Positions 27,318-38,336 are shown, counted from the first letter of the stretch. The stretch: DNA of 64,000 bases from an uncultured Roseburia sp. (GCA_905193415.1 CAJJOP010000011.1:1877-65876), one strand, 5' to 3'. Notes: generated from the letters alone by a model not told the origin. Numbers and translations: made by a program.

Positions 27318-28343
27318 TTACTCGATCACGCGGATCCAGCCTTCCGGAGCTTCCTCACGGCCCTGCTGAATATCAACCAGTGTATGATACAGTTTCTTTG
27401 TGATCGGTCCCATATCTTCCATTCCGCTTGGGAAGCAGATCTCGGTTCCGTGATCTACGATCTTTCCTACCGGAGAGATAACGGCTGCTGTACCGCAAAG
27501 TCCACACTCTGCGAAATCTTTCAGCTCGTCTTTGTATACGACACGATGCTCTACTTTCAGTCCAAGGTAATGCTCTGCAACATACATCAGGGAACGACGC
27601 GTGATGGACGGCAGAATGCTGTCAGACTTCGGTGTTACTACAGTGCCATCTTTTGTTACAAAGATAAAGTTTGCTCCACCGGTCTCTTCTACTTTTGTTC
27701 TGGTAGCCGCATCCAGATACATGTTCTCATCAAAACCTTTGTTGTGTGCATCTACGATGGCGCGAAGGCTCATTGCATAGTTCAGACCTGCTTTGATATC
27801 GCCGGTTCCGTGTGGCGCTGCACGGTCGAAATCGCAGATACGGATCGTTAATGGTTTGAACCCGCCTTTGAAGTATGGTCCAACCGGTGTAGCCAGGATA
27901 CGGAACTGATATTCCTCTGCCGGTTTTACGCCGATAACCGGGCTGATTCCGAACATATACGGACGAATATATAAAGTAGCGCCTGTACCATATGGCGGTA
28001 CAAATGCATCATTTGCTTTTACAACCTGCTCTACAGCTTCGATAAAACGATCTTCCGGAAATACTGGAATCTCCAGTCTCTTTGCGGAATCTGCCATACG
28101 TTTTGCATTCAGATCCGGACGGAAGATAACGATCTGGTCATTTACTGTTGTATATGCTTTCAGGCCTTCAAATACTGTCTGCGCATACTGAAGTACGCCA
28201 GCGCACTCATTCATAACGATCTTGTCATCTGTGCTCAGTGTACCTGCATCCCATGCTCCATCTTTATAATTGGCTACATATCTGTAGTCGGTGCTCCGAT
28301 AAGCAAAATCAAGATTGGCCCAGTCAATATTTTTCTTTTCCAT
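27318..28343 (-). CDS. ilvE: Branched-chain amino acid aminotransferase
   Basis: LQYAQTVFEGLKAY, LYIRP, KAGLNYA, EETGGANF, ILPSITR, GTAAVISP. Confidence 0.95.
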   Translation of the reverse strand: MEKKNIDWANLDFAYRSTDYRYVANYKDGAWDAGTLSTDDKIVMNECAGVLQYAQTVFEGLKAYTTVNDQIVIFRPDLNAKRMADSAKRLEIPVFPEDRFIEAVEQVVKANDAFVPPYGTGATLYIRPYMFGISPVIGVKPAEEYQFRILATPVGPYFKGGFKPLTIRICDFDRAAPHGTGDIKAGLNYAMSLRAIVDAHNKGFDENMYLDAATRTKVEETGGANFIFVTKDGTVVTPKSDSILPSITRRSLMYVAEHYLGLKVEHRVVYKDELKDFAECGLCGTAAVISPVGKIVDHGTEICFPSGMEDMGPITKKLYHTLVDIQQGREEAPEGWIRVIE

Positions 28344-28632
28344 TTCTTACAGCTCCCTTTCATCAAACGGATGTTTCTCATCCGTGCTATATACTTTTAT
28401 ATGTACTCATACCGGAGACATTATTTGTAAAAAAAACGCTCTCCCTGATGAGTCTTGTGTCCTCTGAAACAGATGATTCTCTGTAAATCAATCTGTTATC
28501 TGATCAGACTATTTTTATAAATCATTTCAGTATTTCAAATACCGTATTCTGCCTGTAACTAATAAATCACTATTGCAGACTTTTCATTTTTCACTCTGTC
28601 ACTTAGCTGTGCTAAAGTGTTCTGTCCATTGT

Positions 28633-28661
28633 AGCATATGCCTTTTTTGCTCCAATGTCAA
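28633..28661 (-). promoter_or_regulatory. SigA promoter upstream of ilvE
   Basis: TTGACA-17 nt-TATGCT. Confidence 0.55.
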
Positions 28662-28749
28662 TGTAAAAATGATTTACAACGACGTGTTAAAAATTTCAAT
28701 CTTGGCATTTTATTAACTTGTCGTTATACCAAAGCACTGAAATACCATC

Positions 28750-29247
28750 TTATCTGCATGAAGTGCTGATAGACTCAATCGCCACAGCGCCGCCTCTTAC
28801 AATCTCGATATTTTTAAACCTGGAACGAAGCAGAGCGATCAGCTCATTATTTCTGTGCTCGGTCAGTTTGCACTCTAACAATACGCTGTCCTCTCCGATA
28901 TCTGCCACATCTACTTTAAATACCTGTGCGATGCGAAATGCTTCTGCCAGATCATCTTCGGAACATTTTTTGATCTTTGCATAAAGAATCTCTTTCATAT
29001 GGATCGGCACATTGGTCAGATCCATAACTTTGATAACTTCCACCATTCTGTTCAGCTGTTTTTTGATCTGTTCAAAAGTGATATCATCACATACCGCACA
29101 AATAGTCATACGGGAAGTATCCTCATTTTCCGTCGTACCAACAGTCAGGCTTTTCATGTTGTAGGATTTTCCTGCAAACAGTCCGGAAATCTTCGCCAGA
29201 ACACCTACCTGGTTTTCTACATATAATGCAATCCATCTGTCTTTCAT
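28750..29247 (-). CDS. ilvN: Acetolactate synthase small subunit
   Basis: ACT domain VENQVGVLAKISGLF, SLTVG, SRMTI, EQIKKQLNR. Confidence 0.9.
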   Translation of the reverse strand: MKDRWIALYVENQVGVLAKISGLFAGKSYNMKSLTVGTTENEDTSRMTICAVCDDITFEQIKKQLNRMVEVIKVMDLTNVPIHMKEILYAKIKKCSEDDLAEAFRIAQVFKVDVADIGEDSVLLECKLTEHRNNELIALLRSRFKNIEIVRGGAVAIESISTSCR

Positions 29248-29262
29248 TTTCCTACCTCCTGC

Positions 29263-30993
29263 TTATGCTTTCAAGATCATCTCGTTCATAGCTTTTCCAC
29301 CTGGTACCATCGGCAATACAATGTCCTCGGTAGCAATCATGAACTCAATTACTGTGCTTGCATCTTTGTTATTCTTTGCATATTCCAGTGCAGGAAGGAT
29401 TTCTTCTTCTTTCGTTACGCGGATACTGTGTGCGCCATAACTTTTCGCCCACTGCATGAAATCCGGCACATATGGCGGACAGTTCTCATTCGGTCCCTTA
29501 CAGAAATCCGGACATCCTTTCTGTCTGCGCAGACAGGTCGCTGCATATCGTTTTCCATAAAAGAGCTGCTGCATCTGACGTACCATTCCAAGATAATAAT
29601 TATTCAGGATACATACAATGACCGGCGCTTTCTGTACTACAGACGTAGCCATTTCCTGCATGTTCATCTGGAAACCGCCGTCTCCGGTAATGCAGATAAC
29701 ATCCTTTTCCGGATTGCCCATCTTGGCGCCAAGGGCGGCCGGGAAACCAAATCCCATCGTTCCAAGACCGCCGGATGTGATAATATGATGTTTTTCATCT
29801 ACATCCAGGAACTGGCTTGCCCACATCTGGTGCTGACCTACATCAGTAACATAGGTGGCATCATCATTTGCAAAGGTCTGATTGATTCCTTCCATGATCA
29901 TCTGCGGGGACATGCCTTTGTCACGGCGCATTTCCAGCGGATTCTCCTGCTGCCACTGCTCAATCTGTCTGAGCCATTCAGAAGTATCTTTCTCCTCTAC
30001 CCACTCCATCATATGCTCCAGAGCGGTCTTGGCATCTGCAACGATCGGTACGTCTACGACAACATTTCTTGAGATTGCTGCCGCATCAATATCTACATGG
30101 ATGATCTTTGCTTTCGGAGCAAATTCGTTCAGGTCACCGGTAATACGGTCATTGAAACGGGTTCCGATGGAAAAGAGCACATCGCATTTGGAAACTGCAA
30201 TATTGGCAGCATAACGTCCATGAAGTCCGCTGTTTCCTATATAGTATGGATTGTTGCTGTCAATCGCGCCTTTTCCCATAACAGTAGTAACTACCGGCAC
30301 ATGTGTCGTATTTACAAGCTGTTCCAAAAGTTTCTCTGCGCCTGCAATCTTAATGCCGCCACCGGCAAGGATGATCGGGCGTCTTGCAACTTTCAGCAGT
30401 TTTACCGCTTTTTTCAGCTGTCCGAGATGTACACCTTCGTTTGGTTTGTAACCGCGGATATCCACTTTTTTCGGATATTCTGCCGGACCATATGTTACCT
30501 GTATATCTTTCGGCAGATCAATCAGTACCGGTCCCGGTTTTCCTGTGCTGGCAATATGGAATGCCATTTTCAGTATCTTGCCAAGCTCTGCTCTGTTGCG
30601 TACAGTAACAGCATATTTTGTGATTCCTCTTGTCATGCCTACGATGTCAACCTCCTGGAAGGCATCGTTTCCGATAAGACTCAACGGAACCTGTCCGGTA
30701 AATACAACAAGCGGGATACTGTCATAAAATGCATCTGCGATCGCAGTGATCGTGTTAGTCGCGCCAGGGCCGCTGGTTACGAGACATACTCCTGTCTTTC
30801 CGGTTTCTCTTGCATATCCTTCTGCTTCATGGACAAGCGCCTGCTCATGTCTCGGAAGCACTATATCAATCTCATTATCCCGGTACAGTTCGTCAAACAG
30901 ATCGGTAACTGTTCCTCCGGGATAAGCAAAAATTTTATCAACGCCTTCTTCTTTTAAGGCTTTTAAAAATAATTTCTTTCCAGTAATATCCAT
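29263..30993 (-). CDS. ilvB: Acetolactate synthase large subunit
   Basis: YPGG, RHEQ, TSGPGATN, AFQE, DVGQHQMW, GGLGTMG, GDGGFQMN, LNN. Confidence 0.95.
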   Translation of the reverse strand: MDITGKKLFLKALKEEGVDKIFAYPGGTVTDLFDELYRDNEIDIVLPRHEQALVHEAEGYARETGKTGVCLVTSGPGATNTITAIADAFYDSIPLVVFTGQVPLSLIGNDAFQEVDIVGMTRGITKYAVTVRNRAELGKILKMAFHIASTGKPGPVLIDLPKDIQVTYGPAEYPKKVDIRGYKPNEGVHLGQLKKAVKLLKVARRPIILAGGGIKIAGAEKLLEQLVNTTHVPVVTTVMGKGAIDSNNPYYIGNSGLHGRYAANIAVSKCDVLFSIGTRFNDRITGDLNEFAPKAKIIHVDIDAAAISRNVVVDVPIVADAKTALEHMMEWVEEKDTSEWLRQIEQWQQENPLEMRRDKGMSPQMIMEGINQTFANDDATYVTDVGQHQMWASQFLDVDEKHHIITSGGLGTMGFGFPAALGAKMGNPEKDVICITGDGGFQMNMQEMATSVVQKAPVIVCILNNYYLGMVRQMQQLFYGKRYAATCLRRQKGCPDFCKGPNENCPPYVPDFMQWAKSYGAHSIRVTKEEEILPALEYAKNNKDASTVIEFMIATEDIVLPMVPGGKAMNEMILKA

Positions 30994-31038
30994 ATCATAT
31001 CTCCTTCATTCCTGGTATTTTCCAAGTACTCATACCCG

Positions 31039-31995
31039 TCAGATCCACCCGACAGTCTTCAGGATAAAGATCCAGCCCGTCAGTGTCAGGGATGCGAGAA
31101 GCGTAGTTGCCACGACAATGCTTGCCGTCAGCGTACCATCGTTGTGCATATTTTTTGCCATAATATAGCAGCTCGGAGTCGCAGGAGCGGCAAGCATTAC
31201 TACCAGTGCCACCATTTTTTCTCCTGTGAATCCACACAGTCCGGCAATAGGAATAAAGATGGCAGCCTGGGCGATCAGTTTGATAAACGCAGCCCAGAGC
31301 GTCGGCTTAATCTTTGCCAGCGCTTTTCTGCCCTCAAATCCTGCACCTAAAGCGATCAAAGCCAGTGGGGTCGCCATCTGGGCAGTGGTGCTTACAGTCT
31401 TATTGACCAGGGTAGGCAATGGGTTATGAAGCAATGCCACAATAAGACCGAGTACGATTCCGATGATGATCGGATTCTTCAGGATGTTGATTCCAGCCTG
31501 TCGGATTCTCGCCGTATCGCGTTTCCCTTCATTTTCAGGATCATTGGCCTCAAAGGTCAGCACGAGTACGGAATAGATATTATACAATGGAACCGCACCG
31601 ATGATCATCAGTGAGCCCATGGTAGAAGCGCCATAAATATTCTGAATGAAAGCAAGTCCCATAACGGCTGCGCTGCTTCGGAAGGAAGCCTGGGTAAATG
31701 CGCCAATCATCGTCTTGTCTTTCATAAAGATCTTTGCCAGTCCCCACACACTCCAGAAACAGATAGATGTGGCGATGGCACAAAATAAAACATATTTTAC
31801 ATCAAACACTGCCTGTATGTCCACATTGGACAAATCCCGGAACAACAGGACCGGCAGCGTTACTTTAAAATTAAACTTGTTTGCTACGGTAACAAAATTA
31901 TCGTTGAGCATTCCGATCCGCCGCAGCACATATCCCAATACCATAACAAGAAAGATTGGGAATGTGACATTGACACTGAACAGGAAATTACTCAT
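31039..31995 (-). CDS. AEC (auxin efflux carrier) family transporter
   Basis: About 10 TM segments; VTLPVLLF, SFRSS, LKNPIIIG, TPLAL, YIMAKNM. Confidence 0.85.
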   Translation of the reverse strand: MSNFLFSVNVTFPIFLVMVLGYVLRRIGMLNDNFVTVANKFNFKVTLPVLLFRDLSNVDIQAVFDVKYVLFCAIATSICFWSVWGLAKIFMKDKTMIGAFTQASFRSSAAVMGLAFIQNIYGASTMGSLMIIGAVPLYNIYSVLVLTFEANDPENEGKRDTARIRQAGINILKNPIIIGIVLGLIVALLHNPLPTLVNKTVSTTAQMATPLALIALGAGFEGRKALAKIKPTLWAAFIKLIAQAAIFIPIAGLCGFTGEKMVALVVMLAAPATPSCYIMAKNMHNDGTLTASIVVATTLLASLTLTGWIFILKTVGWI

Positions 31996-32010
31996 AAGAT
32001 TACACCTTCC

Positions 32011-32529
32011 TTATTTTTTACGCTCGTATCTATAAAAGTAATACTCCAGATCAAAATAGGTCTGTTCATCACTGTCTGCAGTTACGACCCAGTTCGGATC
32101 TTCGTCCAGATTTGGGAAATATGCATCTGCATCGTAAGCATAATCCACTTTTGTGATATGCGCTACATCGCATTCATCCAGAAGCTGGCGATAAATGCTC
32201 TCTCCTCCGATGACGTAAATATCTTCAGACGGATATTTTTTCAGTTCTTCCCGGAGGGCATCAAGATCATGTACGATGGTCAGATCATACTGCTCTCTGG
32301 TGGATTCCAATCCCAGCACTTTATAGTCCGGATCAGAAGTAAGAACGATATTGGTTCTCTTTTTTAATGGCAGACCGTTTGGAAAACTCTCCAGTGTCTT
32401 TCTTCCCATTACGACAACTTTTCCAGTAGTCGTCTCACGGAAAAATTTCATATCCGCCGGAATGCTTACCAGCAGACGGTTATTCAGGCCGATGGCCCAG
32501 TTTTTATCTACAGCAGCAATTAAATTCAT
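32011..32529 (-). CDS. folA: Dihydrofolate reductase
   Basis: IAAVDKNWAIG, VVMGRKTLES, PLKKRTNIVL, VIGGESIY, DAYFP. Confidence 0.95.
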   Translation of the reverse strand: MNLIAAVDKNWAIGLNNRLLVSIPADMKFFRETTTGKVVVMGRKTLESFPNGLPLKKRTNIVLTSDPDYKVLGLESTREQYDLTIVHDLDALREELKKYPSEDIYVIGGESIYRQLLDECDVAHITKVDYAYDADAYFPNLDEDPNWVVTADSDEQTYFDLEYYFYRYERKK

Positions 32530-32632
32530 ATGCTTACCCTTTCTGTTTCTCTGTTTTATTACAAATCTTGTAGATTTTTTCTTCTATTTTTATCCCCATA
32601 TCTGATAACCAAACACTTCTGACGACATCTTT

Positions 32633-33481
32633 TTAGATGGCAATCGGAATATTTGTAATCTGCGGACCAGTCTCATAATCAATCAGTTTTACATCATCTC
32701 TTGTAAACTGATAAAAATCTTTCACTTCCGGATTCAGCCAGAATTTCGGCGCCGGAAACGGCTCTCTGCTGATCAGCTCTTCCACAAGCGGAATATGTCG
32801 GTCGTAAATATGGGCGTCTGCGATCACATGCACCAGTTCGCCCGCCTGCATGTCACACACCTGCGCCAACATATGCACGAGCACCGCATACTGGCAGACA
32901 TTCCAGTTGTTGGCAGCCAGCACATCCTGGGAACGCTGGTTTAAGATCGCGTTCAGTACCAGCTTGTCCTGCCCCGGCTTTTTCGTCACATTAAAGGTCA
33001 TGCTGTATGCACATGGATACAGGTTCATCTCATGAAGATCCTGATGGACATAGATATTCGTCATGATCCGTCGGCTGTAAGGATTGTTCTTCAGATCATA
33101 GATCACGCGGTCTACCTGATCCATCATCCCTTCCTTATATTGATGCTTTACACCCATCTGATAGCCGTAAGCTTTTCCGATAGATCCGTCCTCATCTGCC
33201 CACTCATCCCAGATATGACTGTGAAGATCATTGATATTGTTCGACTTCTGCTGCCAGATCCAGAGCAGTTCATCCGTACAGCTCTTGATTGCTGTACGCC
33301 GCAGGGTCAAAGCCGGAAATTCCTTCGACAGATCATAGCGATTTACCACGCCAAACTGTTTGATGGTATATGCCGACGTACCATCTTCCCATTTCGGGCG
33401 GACTTTTTCACCCTCCGTGCTGGTTCCGTTGTCTATGATATTTCTGCACATGGAAATAAATACCTGATCTGCGTAACTCAT
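32633..33481 (-). CDS. thyA: Thymidylate synthase
   Basis: ELLWIW, IWDEWA, SRRI, LYPCA, QRSQD, HIYDRH. Start after AGGAGG. Confidence 0.95.
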   Translation of the reverse strand: MSYADQVFISMCRNIIDNGTSTEGEKVRPKWEDGTSAYTIKQFGVVNRYDLSKEFPALTLRRTAIKSCTDELLWIWQQKSNNINDLHSHIWDEWADEDGSIGKAYGYQMGVKHQYKEGMMDQVDRVIYDLKNNPYSRRIMTNIYVHQDLHEMNLYPCAYSMTFNVTKKPGQDKLVLNAILNQRSQDVLAANNWNVCQYAVLVHMLAQVCDMQAGELVHVIADAHIYDRHIPLVEELISREPFPAPKFWLNPEVKDFYQFTRDDVKLIDYETGPQITNIPIAI

Positions 33482-33805
33482 CTTCTCCTCCTGCTCATAT
33501 ATCTGCGTTGTCTCCATTTTTAATGACTTCTGACTTTCTCTGTAACTATCCATATCTGAAAATAACCCACAGTGCAAACTTCTCTGAATCAATTTCAAAC
33601 CGGACACCGACTTCCAGTTTTATCAGTTCATCATCTCAACTGACTTTTTCTCTACTTTTGCCTATATCGGATTATTATAACAAATTATTTTTCTTTTAGA
33701 AAGTAGTTACTAATGTTATACCTGTCATTTTTTTCACTATCTCAAAAGACCGCATACATTTCACGGCATAAAAAAAACTGTATCTTTCACAGACACAGTT
33801 TTTTT

Positions 33806-34231
33806 TCAGTTCATACACAATATTGATTCTTTACAAAATCTTATGACCCATTGCGGCAGCTCAGATAATACCGAAAAACGATCTACAGAAAGCTGATTTT
33901 TTATCGTTGTGCGCTCCATAAAATCCAGAGAAGTCTGTGCGATTTCCTCCATCGGTCTTCCATCCAGCAAATACACATAAATGCTCAGAACGCCACGGAT
34001 CAGTAACGCATCACTGTCTACCTTCAGAAAAAAATGGCCATTTTCTTTCTTCATGATGAACCAGGAATCCGTCTGACAGTTTCTGATCTTCGTATGTTCT
34101 TTTTTTTCTGTTTCATCCGGCACTGGAGCATTGCCCGCCAGCCGAAGTAAAAATTCATACTGCATCATCTGATCATCCAGACTATTATAAACTTCTATTA
34201 ATTCCCTCTGTTTTTCTGCAATCGTTTTCAT
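33806..34231 (-). CDS. SufE-family sulfur acceptor protein
   Basis: KIRNCQTDSW (conserved Cys), DSDALLIRG, LSVDR. Confidence 0.85.
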   Translation of the reverse strand: MKTIAEKQRELIEVYNSLDDQMMQYEFLLRLAGNAPVPDETEKKEHTKIRNCQTDSWFIMKKENGHFFLKVDSDALLIRGVLSIYVYLLDGRPMEEIAQTSLDFMERTTIKNQLSVDRFSVLSELPQWVIRFCKESILCMN

Positions 34232-34365
34232 TTCATACCAATCCCTGTTCCACCATTAAATCCCCATGGCAAAAGATCTGAAAATATCTTTTCCGACAAC
34301 TTTCCATTCCATCATCTTTGATGGATTGTTCAAGTGGTCATGAAATTTTTTCCAAAACTCTCTTT

Positions 34366-34794
34366 CTATGCTTTTTGGAGTAACGGCACTATCATCTCTG
34401 CCAGTTCCCGAACCATTTTTACCTCTGGCAATTCTCTTGTCGGAAGCGTGATACCAAGCTTTTTCTGAATATCAAGATAGAGTAATACGCGTTTGGATAA
34501 TACGGCCGGCGCGCTTCCGCATCTTCCCGGCCGATCCATTTCTTTTAACTGTTCTACCGTCATATTGGAAGCTTTCGCCACATTGATTCTGACCATTTCA
34601 ATGATATTGTCCGTCATTTCCTTCTCTGATAATAGCAATTTCGCTGCAATATAGTTTTTTAATCGATCTGCGATCACTTCGGGTGGTTCTTTCGGATCTA
34701 ACCGAAGCTCTTCAAGAAGAGCTTCGGCCTTTTCATTTTTCTGTTTCAGATGTCCGGCAATTTCCCGCACATTTAATTCCATATTATGCTCCAT
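34366..34794 (-). CDS. Hypothetical protein with an ACP-like C-terminal helix pattern
   Basis: ...LLYLDIQKKLGITLP...VKMVRELAEMI resembles carrier-protein helices II-IV; no DSL motif. Confidence 0.55.
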   Translation of the reverse strand: MEHNMELNVREIAGHLKQKNEKAEALLEELRLDPKEPPEVIADRLKNYIAAKLLLSEKEMTDNIIEMVRINVAKASNMTVEQLKEMDRPGRCGSAPAVLSKRVLLYLDIQKKLGITLPTRELPEVKMVRELAEMIVPLLQKA

Positions 34795-34847
34795 TCCGCT
34801 GCCTTTTCGTTGACGGCACAATCAGATGTATAAAACAGTTGATCGTC

Positions 34848-36410
34848 CTAGGCCTCTACGACTTCCAGACCAACAGATTTTGCAAAAGCTTTCAGCACTT
34901 CCGTATGATCGCCATAAGCCAACGGCAGATGGGTGCCAAAATCAAGCTGTTTGTCATGGAACTCTTTGTGGTCTTTTACCTGGAAAATAACTGTCGGCGT
35001 GCAGTTTGGAATCTCTTTGTATGCACCGCCTTTGATCGTTCCTTTTCCGATAAAGATCTTTTTGCAGTCCGGGGACAAACGACAGAGTGTGATTGTCTGT
35101 CCGATATCTTTTGTCCAATCATTCCGGATCGTTCCGCCCCATCCCGTATACGCAAATGGCTGAATGCTGTATGTATCTGTCTCTCCGTCAATACCATGCA
35201 TCTTTCTGTTCCCTACTGCATGGAAGGAGAAATACAGATTTTCTACTTTATCCAATCCACCCTGTTTCCACTCATCATTTGGCAGGCCTTCCTGTGTAAG
35301 CGGAGAAAACGGCGCTCTTGCCAGACCATCACCATAGTATAAGAAGGAATTTGTCTCACCCATATATGTTGCACATCCGGAAGCGCTCATAAGAAGCTGT
35401 TTGGATAATGCCGCAATGGCATCCGCTTCACAGGCGGAAGGAATACCATTCTCGTTATTCAGAGAATGCGTCAGACAGAAGGTCACACGTTCTTCATTGG
35501 CACGTCTTGTCGCACAGAACTGAGGACATGGAGCTATAAACATGTTGCAGTCATGTTTATCCAGGAATTTCTGTACTACATACCACATCCGTACACTGAT
35601 CATCAGCGCTTCTTTCTCCATATTTACCAGTGTCGCGCCAGCCATCAGATCATCTGTGATCTTCTCGATTTCTTTCATTTCCTCTTCTGTCGGATTAAGA
35701 CCAAGACGTCCCGGTGTCGTATAGTTCTGCATCGGATTGCCCGGTTTAAACTGATCCAGGATCTCATGTAAGTTTACCGCACGGAATCTGGTTCCCAGGA
35801 TCCGTGTCACTTCACGCTGATTGTAAAATGCGTTGGATGTAATATCGCTTCCTGCCACTTCTCCCATACGGACAACCTGCAGCAGATTGGAATGTGCCAT
35901 AACTTTCTTTAAACGAATGCCTTTCATGACATTGATGGCTTCTTCCCAATATAAAGGCGCATATCCTTCTCTTCCATGGGAACGTACATGAGAAATCGCT
36001 CTGGCAAACATACAGCAGTTTTCCGGCTGGATCATAACCGGTTTTCCCGTACGCTCTGCCATCTCAACAATCAGGTCTCCACGTACCATCTGCACAGCAG
36101 TAAAGAGATACAGATCCACCTCGCTGTCATTTTTCATCATCTCCTCAAACATCCATTCCGGCGTGGTCATTTCGTCATCACGATCCAGATAGATCGGATC
36201 CAGAAGGCTGATCTGTTTCTCATCCTTCAAATGCGCCTGTACATCCGCAAAAGATCCCTGTCCCATCATCGGCTGCATCATCGCCTCAAATTCTGGTGTC
36301 AGCTGTTCGGTGGGAGCCATACGACATGGTCCCTCGAAAAAATATTTGTGTACCAGACCGATATAGATTGGCTGTACATTCAAGCTGATTTCAATACCTT
36401 TTTTGATCAT
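34848..36410 (-). CDS. L-fucose/L-arabinose isomerase-like protein
   Basis: GIPSACEADA, GQTITLCRL, CTPTV, FGTHLPLAYGDH match the C-terminal FucI/AraA-like domain. Confidence 0.7.
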   Translation of the reverse strand: MIKKGIEISLNVQPIYIGLVHKYFFEGPCRMAPTEQLTPEFEAMMQPMMGQGSFADVQAHLKDEKQISLLDPIYLDRDDEMTTPEWMFEEMMKNDSEVDLYLFTAVQMVRGDLIVEMAERTGKPVMIQPENCCMFARAISHVRSHGREGYAPLYWEEAINVMKGIRLKKVMAHSNLLQVVRMGEVAGSDITSNAFYNQREVTRILGTRFRAVNLHEILDQFKPGNPMQNYTTPGRLGLNPTEEEMKEIEKITDDLMAGATLVNMEKEALMISVRMWYVVQKFLDKHDCNMFIAPCPQFCATRRANEERVTFCLTHSLNNENGIPSACEADAIAALSKQLLMSASGCATYMGETNSFLYYGDGLARAPFSPLTQEGLPNDEWKQGGLDKVENLYFSFHAVGNRKMHGIDGETDTYSIQPFAYTGWGGTIRNDWTKDIGQTITLCRLSPDCKKIFIGKGTIKGGAYKEIPNCTPTVIFQVKDHKEFHDKQLDFGTHLPLAYGDHTEVLKAFAKSVGLEVVEA

Positions 36411-36613
36411 TTTCTTACCTCCAATACTTTCCTTTCACTCTCATCAGCTTCTTAAATCCTGCTCAGAAGTTTCCTTTTTGAAGACTGTGAAAGAACTTTG
36501 CCTGTATAACGTTCTATGTCTGTATTGTAGCGGTAATTTTTCTCAAAAAGTAGGAACAAACCATACCAGATAATTTTTAAACTTTTCTCTGTATGATACA
36601 AAAAATATCATTT

Positions 36614-38071
36614 TTACCCTATTGGGTTAGTATATTTTTCCATGAGATACGAAAGAAAGATATGCCATCTTACCTCCGGAATATCCAGATCTGCATGCAG
36701 CAATTCCTCAATCCGCTGCAAGCGGTTCAACAGCGTACTCCTCGGAATGTCCGCATCCAGAATCGTTTTGGAAACTTTCCGTTCATTTTTTAAGAACATA
36801 TATAACGTATCATATAACCGGCTTCCATAACGCTGATCATACTCCTTTAATATATCCAGGCTGGGATGTTTCAGGAGCTCCGCATCTCTTTTTTTGAATA
36901 ATGAAAAAATATAGGGCAGAATTGCATGTTCAAACGCATTCACATATCCTCCGATCTGCAAACTGTTCTGAAACGATATCAGGGACTGTTCCAACATCTG
37001 CCAAACATCTGCCAGATTACAGAATTCTCTGCTTGCGCCTGCATAATAAGATATCTGTCTCAAATATTCGGACAGCATTTTATCTGCGCCCTTTACATCC
37101 CATAATATTTTAAGATTACACAGAAAAACCAATCCTGTCTTATATTCTACCGTAACGATTCCCTGCATCCTGTTAAACATCAGTTTTGATCTTGATGGCA
37201 CGGGCGCCAGAGAACCTCCCTCCAAAGGCTCCGCATAGATGACCATCTTCGGGTCTGTTTTTTCCCAGGAGATAATGTCAAGTGAACGTTCCAGTCGTTC
37301 AAAAGATTCTGCATCTTTATTTACCAGATATTCCTGCAATGGCTTATCCGGAAAATGCGTATCCAGATTATAGGAATTGATACCGATCATTCCACAAATC
37401 AGTTCTCCCAGATATTGTAATGCATCAATCTCGCCCTGTGAGATTTTGTCCTGATATTCCGGTTCTGCCATAAGAATCAATCCGAACAGGCTTTTATTAT
37501 GGATCAGATTAAATGCATATCCGGGGCCAAAAATCTTCCCCGGTATCCGATACACATTTTTCAACGAAAAATACTTATAGTACGTCTGATTAAACAAGGC
37601 AATTTTCCCTGCATCAGAAGTATGCCTGTTCAGTACATCGGTCCAGTCCTGATCAAATTCTTTTGTTTGCGAATGGTCGGAATGTGCAATTTCCCATTCA
37701 TTTGCATCCAATATTACCAGTGGATGTTGTATGACCGGATAACTCAGATTCAACAATTCTGTCAGTGTACATCCCTGCTCTATCGCCCCTGAAAGTCTGT
37801 CCTGCCACTTACGATATCGGTCAAACACTGCAAACATCTGATTTAACAGCAAAAACATCTCTTTCTTTACCAGGAATGAGCTTCCCCTGGCTGTCTGACA
37901 GAATACCATCCCCTCCTCTTTTCGATCTGTAAGATATAATATTTCAGATTTCATCGGTTCAGAATCCATCCGTATTCTGATCGTGCAGATCTTATCATGT
38001 TTCTTTATCGTCGCATTCAGAATTTTTTCTTTGTCTAGCTCATCTGCAAGCATCGAAATCGTAATATACAT
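36614..38071 (-). CDS. PucR/CdaR-family transcriptional regulator
   Basis: C-terminal LKEYD...LYDTLYMFLKNE...RSTLLNRLQRIEEL helix-turn-helix. Confidence 0.85.
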   Translation of the reverse strand: MYITISMLADELDKEKILNATIKKHDKICTIRIRMDSEPMKSEILYLTDRKEEGMVFCQTARGSSFLVKKEMFLLLNQMFAVFDRYRKWQDRLSGAIEQGCTLTELLNLSYPVIQHPLVILDANEWEIAHSDHSQTKEFDQDWTDVLNRHTSDAGKIALFNQTYYKYFSLKNVYRIPGKIFGPGYAFNLIHNKSLFGLILMAEPEYQDKISQGEIDALQYLGELICGMIGINSYNLDTHFPDKPLQEYLVNKDAESFERLERSLDIISWEKTDPKMVIYAEPLEGGSLAPVPSRSKLMFNRMQGIVTVEYKTGLVFLCNLKILWDVKGADKMLSEYLRQISYYAGASREFCNLADVWQMLEQSLISFQNSLQIGGYVNAFEHAILPYIFSLFKKRDAELLKHPSLDILKEYDQRYGSRLYDTLYMFLKNERKVSKTILDADIPRSTLLNRLQRIEELLHADLDIPEVRWHIFLSYLMEKYTNPIG

Positions 38072-38336
38072 TGTACCGTCTTCCCCTATATTTTCCTTCA
38101 TCCATGTCTCTCTGCAAATCCCCAAACAATCCCTGCTGACGGCACTGTTCAACGCTTATCCATTGACTTATGATCGACATTCGCCGTTCGTCAATCATGC
38201 GAGCATGTTGACTCTCTTGCGCTCATTATATCATAATCAAAATCTATTTCGTCCATAAAAATACAGTCCCATACTTCCCTCTTGCAAAAAAATAGTGTAT
38301 ACTGGACAAAAGAAGCAGTTGGAAGGAGTTTTTACC

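Noticed and set aside
28344..28632. Long ilvE leader as a T-box
   Set aside because: No UGGNACC T-box motif or convincing terminator/antiterminator pair found.
33482..33680. Long thyA leader as a THF or ZTP riboswitch
   Set aside because: No recognisable consensus; the 42-codon ORF extension is also unsupported given the strong RBS before 33481.
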